The notes beneath the pieces were generated by a model. It was not told where the DNA came from and ran no database searches. It saw only the letters and a program-made list of their open reading frames with translations. A program made the translations under genes and the position numbers. 64,000 nucleotides of DNA, taken from the NCBI RefSeq assembly GCF_015706575.1, contig NW_024037076.1:22669286-22733285 (forward strand), read 5' to 3'. Positions 56,737 through 64,000 of the stretch are shown here, piece after piece (within the stretch, counting starts at the first letter, position 1; each line of letters starts with the position of its first letter). Source of the stretch: Patiria miniata (Eukaryota).

Positions 56737-57105
56737 CTAGAGGCAACACAGAGAAAATAAAAATGAAAACAGTGACCATCTGTGTTCAATACAAATTCGT
56801 TTACCTCGTGCTCAAAACTGCAGTTTCAAATGTATTGTAATACTAAATCTTTTAAAACTGGAATATTGTAATTTTTTAATATTTTAATGACAACTGATCC
56901 GAGGTTCATGTCAATAAAACAAATAACAAATATTTTAATTATTATTTCATAACTTGGCCAATTCAAAATCGTTAATAATAACTATCAAAATATTACAATC
57001 AAACTCATCCAAATTTGAACCAATAATATACAACCATCTAATCAACACACACATAAAGCCGTTGCTAAACTGGGACATCCTGACCAACCAACGACAATTT
57101 CTTAC

Positions 57106-57182
57106 CTGAATCAGAAGCCGCATGTTGAACCACATGTCACTCTTGACATCAACTTGACCGGAATTCAGCAGGAATCGGTGAT
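57106..57182 (-). CDS. GALC: GALC exon
   Basis: Translates (H)HRFLLNSGQVDVKSDMWFNMRLLIQ. GALC has [24 protein letters not shown]. The phase links to the flanking exons. Confidence 0.7.
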
Positions 57183-57723
57183 CTGAATTGAAAAATATAC
57201 ATTAAATTGGTCACTTAATAACAATAATAAAGTGTTTTACAGTTATTACCCCTGAGACCAGTTTTCTACAGCAGCTCTAGACCAGCGCACTCTGGTCTCT
57301 ACCTTCACAGATACCCATTTATACTCCTTGATGGAGAGAGGCAATTGTAGAAAAGTCTTGCCCAAGAACACAAGCACCATGCTCCCCATCAGGGTTTGAC
57401 TCATGTACCACGGCACATGAGTCAAAACTGTAACCACTGACCACAGCGCTACAGCTTTGCCTTGACAGTAGATCATTGATAAGCCAGGTGCTTTTCTCAG
57501 CTGACTGAATTTGACTAGTCACTGTGCTTGCTAAAATTGTAATCAGACTGTTGGTGACTAGCCTGTGTATAAAGGCATGGTAGGGTAACAAGATTGATAT
57601 TTTTGACTGTCTGTGACTGTTCAGACAGCAGGAGGGTTTAATCAATTACTTAATGATTACAAAGGTAAATAGTTAATACCCAAAATAGCTGAAAGGCTCT
57701 GTGATATATAACAATAAACTTAC

Positions 57724-57881
57724 GTATGTCCGAGTAAACAGCAAATGTCCCATTGGAGTAAACAATAAAGAACAGTCCTGTTGCCACGACAACCTTACAG
57801 CCACCATCGTTGATACGTTGAGCAAGAAATGCACCGGTATTATCTCCAAGCTTGACATCAACAGAAACGTCGGCATTCTGC
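57724..57881 (-). CDS. GALC: GALC exon
   Basis: Translates (W)QNADVSVDVKLGDNTGAFLAQRINDGGCKVVVATGLFFIVYSNGTFAVYSDI. GALC has [49 protein letters not shown]. Confidence 0.8.
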
Positions 57882-58370
57882 CTACAATGAATATAAACAG
57901 CAAGGTAGTTCTTACATTACAGTGTAACATATAGGGAGAATAAATAACAAATCATTATAAATAGAATAACCAAATATACCAAATGCCTACACAAGTACCA
58001 TATTGGCAAACCAAACCTGTATGGATCGGCAAAAAATAGGCTAAAATGTTATGATGTGTCAGTCAGATGAACACTATAAAACCTCTTAGAGTTCCCTGAA
58101 ATCTAATCCCCCTTAAATCCTGCCTCCTCTTATGATAACATGTCTTATATAAGTTGATAATAAGCAGGACAAGTTCTTCTCAGAACTAATATCTTCTAAG
58201 CAGTAGTTATTAACACATGGTGTTACCGCAAAACCGAAACGATGTCTTATATTCCTCCCATCTGCAATCTGGTCTAGCTGTACCGATTCTTGATCATAAA
58301 ACACAAACTAAGGACAAAGAAAAAACAGACAGGCATACCAACTACAGACGATAAGATCAAATCCATTTAC

Positions 58371-58545
58371 CAGGAGTAGTTGCCAATGACAGAGATAGGA
58401 GACTCAGCCGCTGGACACCAATGGACTGGTGACTCAAGGACAACCTGTTCCATCACCAATTTATGAGTCGGGTCACCAGACTCTCGAATCTCCCAAACAC
58501 CGGCCTGGTCAGCAAAGTTACTAGCTTCACTGAATTCTGGGTAAT
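58371..58545 (-). CDS. GALC: GALC exon
   Basis: Translates (N)YPEFSEASNFADQAGVWEIRESGDPTHKLVMEQVVLESPVHWCPAAESPISVIGNYS. GALC has [21 protein letters not shown]...ISIIGDYNW. Confidence 0.85.
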
Positions 58546-58837
58546 CTGGAAAACAACAAATGAACTGAATGGTAAAGGTCTATCATATAAAACTTAACTG
58601 ACTATTGTTGACAATTTGCTGCTGATAACTTGAAAGCAAAAATATGAAAAGAAGAAAATGAACTGCTATTTAGAGAAAAAACATACAGAAAGAGAGAAAT
58701 GCAGCTACAAAGGCACAGCACACAGAATTTAACTGCTTCAACCTAAATACTACTACAGATTCGAAGCCTTATCAAGAAGTGAACTTTGTTAGGAGTTAGG
58801 TTAGGCTGCATAGATGATATAATTGAAAACAACTCAC

Positions 58838-58979
58838 TGTCAAAGTTATCTGAGTAAGGTACAGGGAAGGGGGCAGATGGCGGGGGTGTAGGGTAGTTCC
58901 CCTTATAACCCCTCTCAGTGGTTGTCAGGGTGTAGACCTCATCAGGATTCAGACTTAAGGTGAAACTGCCATTCACAAC
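58838..58979 (-). CDS. GALC: GALC exon
   Basis: Translates [51 protein letters not shown] has [45 protein letters not shown]. Confidence 0.9.
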
Positions 58980-59316
58980 CTTAAAAAATTAAGCAAGAGG
59001 CAAAATATTCAAATCCAGCATTAAAAAAAAACAGAGAAAATCAACATGTTTAACCAACTAGGCTTGACAAGTCAAGCAAGTCCTAAATTTAGGACATTTG
59101 ATATACTCTGTGACTCAGTCGGGGAGCCAGACAGTCAGTCAGTCAGTCAGAGGACAATTGGCCCACCCTTCAGGTCCAGCCAAAAAACAGTAGTTTCAAA
59201 CCAACAAATTTGTTTTTGCCAAGCAATATCAAAAATCTCATGCAGAAAAAAATGATTTTAAGTCTCAACCTTACATCAGATATTTTAGACAAATATTTCA
59301 GACATCAATAGCTTAC

Positions 59317-59406
59317 CTTAATTGGATTCTTCTTGACAAATATTGTTGATGACTGGCCATTGAACGTAAGCTTGGAATACCACACATTGAGACTGCTAAC
59401 TTTGGC
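59317..59406 (-). CDS. GALC: GALC exon
   Basis: Translates AKVSSLNVWYSKLTFNGQSSTIFVKKNPIK. GALC has [30 protein letters not shown]. Confidence 0.75.
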
Positions 59407-59716
59407 CTGAAAAGGTAGAAGAAAATAAGAATACAGAATGCAGACCCAATTTTGCATTGGATCAGAAATACAATTTTTGAGAAATAAATAAAAACTGTTG
59501 CAAACTTCTGACGTATTAGATCAAACTGAAATGTAAAATTATAAAATTTAGGGAGCATAATGTTTAGATTGTAGACAGATCTTTCTTTTTCAAAGTTCCT
59601 GTCACGATAAAAACATCAGGACCTCCAACTTGATTGTTTGTAGATAATGTGTCATCACAAATGTTAACTGAATTCATATTTTGCTATTGTTCTAATAAGG
59701 ACAACATTTTACTCAC

Positions 59717-59806
59717 AAAACTGCCTTGGAGAGTAAACTTGGCTGTCTGGGCTGCCACACTGTAAGGTGGTAAGTAGGGCCAGGTACACTTTGAGTGATC
59801 ATAGCT
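59717..59806 (-). CDS. GALC: GALC exon
   Basis: Translates SYDHSKCTWPYLPPYSVAAQTAKFTLQGSF. GALC has [30 protein letters not shown]. Confidence 0.85.
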
Positions 59807-60185
59807 CTGCAAAGAATACAAGTTGTGAATAAAATTGTATTGTTTATTACAAGTTTTTTTCTTGCTTGGAACTGTTTCCTTGATTCTTTTTACACTTCAA
59901 AAATGACATATCTTTAATATCTTTTAATATGAAGAGGGTCCGAAAACAGAATATTATTACACAATTTTTCTACAAACCAAAATTAAAATGAAACTTCAAA
60001 TTAACTTCAGCATCCTGTCTTTCTGCATTTTTAATATGAAGGAAAGTGAACTGTGACCTTTCACATGAAAGCAGTTTAGCAAACAATCTTTCTACAACAG
60101 GTCTTTCACACTTGAATAAAATTCAAAATAGTTTCTGTTTTATTCTGTGACAGTTGAATAGATTAATTCTTTAGTGTGTACATAC

Positions 60186-60319
60186 CATAGTCTCTATAAT
60201 TATGGTCAAATTAACACCGTCTGTCATGGATACAAAGCTTCCTCCTTTGTCAAGACGCTGCACTCCAGACTTGTGCTTCAAATACATCCATCCCGGATCA
60301 GTAAACTGAGTGGTATGAG
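60186..60319 (-). CDS. GALC: GALC exon
   Basis: Translates [49 protein letters not shown] has [43 protein letters not shown]. Confidence 0.9.
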
Positions 60320-60679
60320 CTGAACAAAAATATACAGTCAATCAGACAATTACGTGTAGCTGATTCAGAATCTGTGTCTAGGGCTACAGATGTTCACGGT
60401 AGTGTGTCAATCTTTGCCATGATGAAGTCTACATGGTGAAGTTAGCAATACGAGTAAGTTTGAGGGAGAACTACGTATGTCTGGGGGTTTGCATGGTTCT
60501 GTTAAGATCCAGGAAACTCAACATGTTGTACAGAAAGAACACTCAATAAATAACTAATTCCTAATGTGGTCTTACAACTTAGGTTATTGATACCAGCTTT
60601 ATAACTGATCAGCCTTCATAAGTCCATCATGTTAACGGCAAACTCTCTAGACGTCTTACGGAGCGCCCTCATTACATAC

Positions 60680-60842
60680 CCGATATCCAGATTGTATCAG
60701 TGACCTCAAAGTGCGAACTCCATGGCTCGTTGGCTGTCATAAGTCCGGCACGTGCATATTTCAAAGCGTCGTAGTAAGATGCGATCAGGTTCCAGGAGAT
60801 TGTAGAAGTCATCATTCCATTCACGTAGTTCTGGTTCAAGGT
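60680..60842 (-). CDS. GALC: GALC exon
   Basis: Translates [58 protein letters not shown] has [54 protein letters not shown]. Confidence 0.9.
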
Positions 60843-61146
60843 CTGCAGATTGCAAGTCAGGAATTCCAATCAATTTGCAATGAGCGATACAGGTGCAGTG
60901 CCAACAAATTTTCCTTTCAACCAGTTCTTCTGAGAGCTACACAAACTCACAAAAGAGATTTCTTTCACATGGTGCAACAACAAACTTCCTCTAATGACAC
61001 AAATTATATCAACAATCAATTTTTTTGTGGTTTATTGAACCAACAATGATAGTGTGCTTGCTTGTATACAATAATATAACTTTAAAAAAACCTACACATA
61101 TTCATTAAAAAAAAATAAAAGACAAAAACCCACCACTTTCACTTAC

Positions 61147-61264
61147 CCTGGCCCAACATCCTGCCCCAACTTCATTATTGTGCGTGTTGTAATCTTCCGA
61201 TGCCCAGATGGTCTTGCCAGTTTCCAACGTGTAGTTGGTGACATGAGTTCCGGGGTAATGCAAC
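61147..61264 (-). CDS. GALC: GALC exon
   Basis: Translates (G)[43 protein letters not shown] has [39 protein letters not shown]. Confidence 0.9.
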
Positions 61265-61801
61265 CTGTATGAAGTTTTACATTTGTTTTCATTACAATTA
61301 TGCAATTTAGAGTGCATCAACAAATTATGGTGCATAATTTTGAAAATGTCAGTTCATGATGGCCTCATAATCTTTAGTTTAGATGTAATTTATTAGCTAT
61401 TTGATCATTGTCCTCCACAATAGAAAGTTCTAATCTTTGAAAATATGCATGTCTAAACACAGATGGTGCTTAATACATGGTGCAGTGACATTTCAAAATC
61501 TTTACCGGTATTGATAATGTTTAAGTGCTTCAAGCAAACAACTTTGTAAACACAATCATAACACGTTAATTACAACCTGAGTTTAGCAAGTTTAGAGTAA
61601 CAGGAGTGATTAGTCCATTGACTATTGAAGTTAGAGTGTCATGATTACAGCAGAATGGTAGGTGCGTGGGTTTTAAGGAAACACAGGAGATCAAAGGAGT
61701 ATGAGTAGAAAATATGAAAGAAAATAATAAATGAACCTCAGCCACCGAACAGTTGCAGTCCAATTGATTGATGAAATAGGGAATACATGTGTTTGAATCA
61801 T

Positions 61802-61970
61802 ACCCAATAATAGCCACATCTTTGGCAATATCTGGGTCGTTGTGTATCGCGATACTGATGAATTCAAGATTGTCAGCTGCTACAATTAGCATCTCAGAAA
61901 GACCTTTCTAATCCAGTGTTTTTCGGAGGACTTTCGTGTATTCAACATCAAAGGGTCGTTCATTCCATAT
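61802..61970 (-). pseudogene. GALC: Decayed duplicate (pseudo-exon) of the GALC exon at 62634-62800, lying in the intervening intron
   Basis: Translates IWNERPFDVEYTKVLRKTLD*KGLSEMLIVAADNLEFISIAIHNDPDIAKDVAIIG. The true exon reads IWNERPYNSTYIKTLRSSLNKAGLSHIAVVAADGKLAISRDILMDKALAAAVQIIG. There is an in-frame TAG (61908-61910), no AG acceptor (ctgat|ATATGG) and only a GTATGA donor. Nucleotide identity is about 60-65%. Confidence 0.65.
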
Positions 61971-62633
61971 CAGATAATAAAAGAAGGAAAGTCACCCAGA
62001 AGCTATCCAAAATAAGCTTTTTGTTTGCCATGAAGGTGTGGCACATCCAAAAACATATGACAAAGTTTGAAACAAGCCAAAATACAGCTTCTCTCACTAG
62101 AACCACATATTGGGCATGTTTTCAAAGCAAGGAGGTCCAAAGATTGACAGTGCTCTCAGTCATTTTCCCTAATGACTGCAATAAAGGGTCATCACATCAA
62201 ATTGGCACCAGACAATTTGTAGCAAAATCAAGTTGGCTGCAAGTTAGTTAAATTAACTGTTAGCAAATATGAGTTGCATTTCACTAACAGAACAAAGACT
62301 GTCTAATGTTCTGAACCCATGCATTCTGAGATTATGCAATAGAAAAGTAGTTGTGTATCATATCTCCTGACGACTAGTGTAGAGTATACCGTCCGAAATG
62401 TTGACTTTCCCCCAGGTTTTTTTTCAGAACCTAACAAACTCACAAAAGAGATTTGTCAAGTGGCGCAAACGCAAATCTTTATGCCATTGCTATCTTCACC
62501 ATGCAAACGTTCAAAGTTTATCATGAGCACTGTATTCTTAATGAAATGCACTCAGTTGTTTATGTCTGCAAAACAAGAAAAATGAAATATCACCAAAGCA
62601 AGGAAGAGGAAAAGATCAACTCAAGCCTCCTAC

Positions 62634-62800
62634 CCTATAATCTGAACAGCTGCAGCCAATGCTTTATCCATCAAGATATCACGACTGATTGCTAATTTTC
62701 CATCAGCAGCAACCACTGCTATATGGCTGAGGCCAGCTTTGTTTAGAGAGGATCTCAAGGTCTTGATGTATGTAGAGTTATATGGCCTTTCATTCCAAAT
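62634..62800 (-). CDS. GALC: GALC exon
   Basis: Translates IWNERPYNSTYIKTLRSSLNKAGLSHIAVVAADGKLAISRDILMDKALAAAVQII(G). GALC has [57 protein letters not shown]. Confidence 0.9.
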
Positions 62801-63152
62801 CTAGAATTGGGAATATTGAGTTCTTCAATAAATATGGACCAATTTGTACTCTTGACTTTAAGCATCAAGTCACATACGAGTTGATAAACAAATTGAAAAA
62901 CGACAACAAATTGGTGAAAATCAAAACTCAGGCAAGCAGCAGCAACATTACCCTAAGTAATCCGATATAAGAAGCATATTGTGCTTCCATTCATTCCAAT
63001 TCTATCATTGGAAGAAAATAAATTCTTGAGAATCAAAACTTTTAAAAATGTTGGAAAAAAATTAATAAATACACAATTTGAACTCATTTCATTCCACACT
63101 ATATCTTGGCTCTTCATTTTTGTGGAAAAGTTGTAAAATTGATTTTACTTAC

Positions 63153-63317
63153 CCCAATATAATCAATGGTTAAATTGTGGTGAGTTTTTGCTCCTTGTAT
63201 CCATTTGATGATGTAGTCAACAGTGACATCGATATTGACATAGGGACTTTGTTGGCCATTCCCAATCCAGCCGGGGAAAGCCCAAGGAAGGCCATACAGC
63301 TTGATGCTTGGATTGCG
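63153..63317 (-). CDS. GALC: GALC exon
   Basis: Translates [59 protein letters not shown] has [55 protein letters not shown]. Confidence 0.9.
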
Positions 63318-63627
63318 CTGCAGAAAGATGCAACATGAAACAGTAGTGGCTAAAAAAAAACAACCAAAAGGGGAGGGGCCAGGGAAGAGACTGGGGGGGG
63401 GGGGGGGGAGGGGCGGACACCACTCCCTGCTAGAGCCAAATGAACCCCAGCCACCCCCTCCCCCTTTGGCCTGATTCGTTCCCCACCCCCCTTTCCCTGC
63501 ACTTACAAAACAGATTCAGATGGTGTACATTTTGAACATCAATCAAAAACCTCATAGGTGCTATATACAGCTGCCCCCCCCCCAAAAAAAATGTGTAAGA
63601 ACACCCCAAAACAAGTCTCTCTTTTAC

Positions 63628-63780
63628 CTTTTTAGCCTCCTTCATCAGCCACCATTCATATCCTCTCTGATAATTCTCATCGTTAGCTGAATGCATATGC
63701 GATGACTCAGTTCCGTCAGTGCTTTGTGAGTCTCCACCAATCTCAACCTTTAAGATGTGAAGTGATGCTCCAAAATTTGG
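63628..63780 (-). CDS. GALC: GALC exon (the 5' exons lie beyond the window end)
   Basis: Translates [55 protein letters not shown] has [51 protein letters not shown]. Confidence 0.9.
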
Positions 63781-64000
63781 CTGTTAACGGGCAAAATCAG
63801 AACTACATCAATTAGTTTTTTTTTTTTATTAAACTTCATTTCGTGCAATTTTCTTCTCCACAAAACAATTGATTGACAATTATGTCTGGGAAACACAGTT
63901 TTGTGGTTAAGTTTTTCATATCAATTGTGCAGCCAAAACAGTTATAAATCAGTTACAGTGTATAGCAAATAAACTGTTATTCCTTGGAAAAGGTCAAATT

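Noticed and set aside
57246-57645. Minus-strand ORFs of 108 and 76 aa inside GALC (57319-57645 and 57246-57476).
   Set aside because: They show no similarity to GALC or any domain I recognise. The GALC reading frame demonstrably continues from exon 57724-57881 to exon 57106-57182 with matching phase and homology, so these are intronic chance ORFs.

Overview
This window reads as metazoan (invertebrate-like) nuclear DNA: AT-rich, intron-rich and full of MITEs, foldback elements and satellites. It is not a prokaryotic locus. From conserved protein segments joined by AG/GT splice sites I reconstructed eight protein-coding genes. In window order they are: a TRPV-family cation channel on the minus strand, 3' part cut by the window start (exons ~168-4318); a head-to-head FAM166/CIMIP2-like gene with repeated P-G-Y-x-G-[YF]-[IL]-P motifs (+, 4909-8714, 7 exons); an intron-containing AhpD/carboxymuconolactone-decarboxylase (CMD)-family 'peroxidase-related' gene (-, 10883-12230+); the NAD-isocitrate dehydrogenase beta subunit IDH3B (+, ~16970-20970); major vault protein MVP (+, 23859-39358, 25 exons); a sideroflexin SFXN1/3-like gene (-, 47518-52439, 8 coding exons); and galactocerebrosidase GALC (-, 56584 to beyond 63780, 5' end outside the window). 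Between the genes lie a ~534-bp tandem duplication interrupted by a 744-bp perfect foldback element with a 9-bp target-site duplication (TSD), a hAT-like non-autonomous element with an 8-bp TSD, a 5.2-kb 54-bp satellite with higher-order periodicity, a 170-bp tandem repeat carrying nested palindromic insertions, several hairpin MITEs, long G/C homopolymer tracts and a tRNA-like fragment. The observations that most deserve a second look are an apparent +1 G frameshift inside the conserved MVP exon 3, a 12-copy tandem amplification of the 3' half of MVP exon 14 together with its splice donor, a decayed duplicate of a GALC exon carrying an in-frame stop, and the intron-bearing AhpD-like gene, which is unusual for an animal. 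All coordinates come from manual reading and are accurate to about +/-1-3 nt. No database search could be run.
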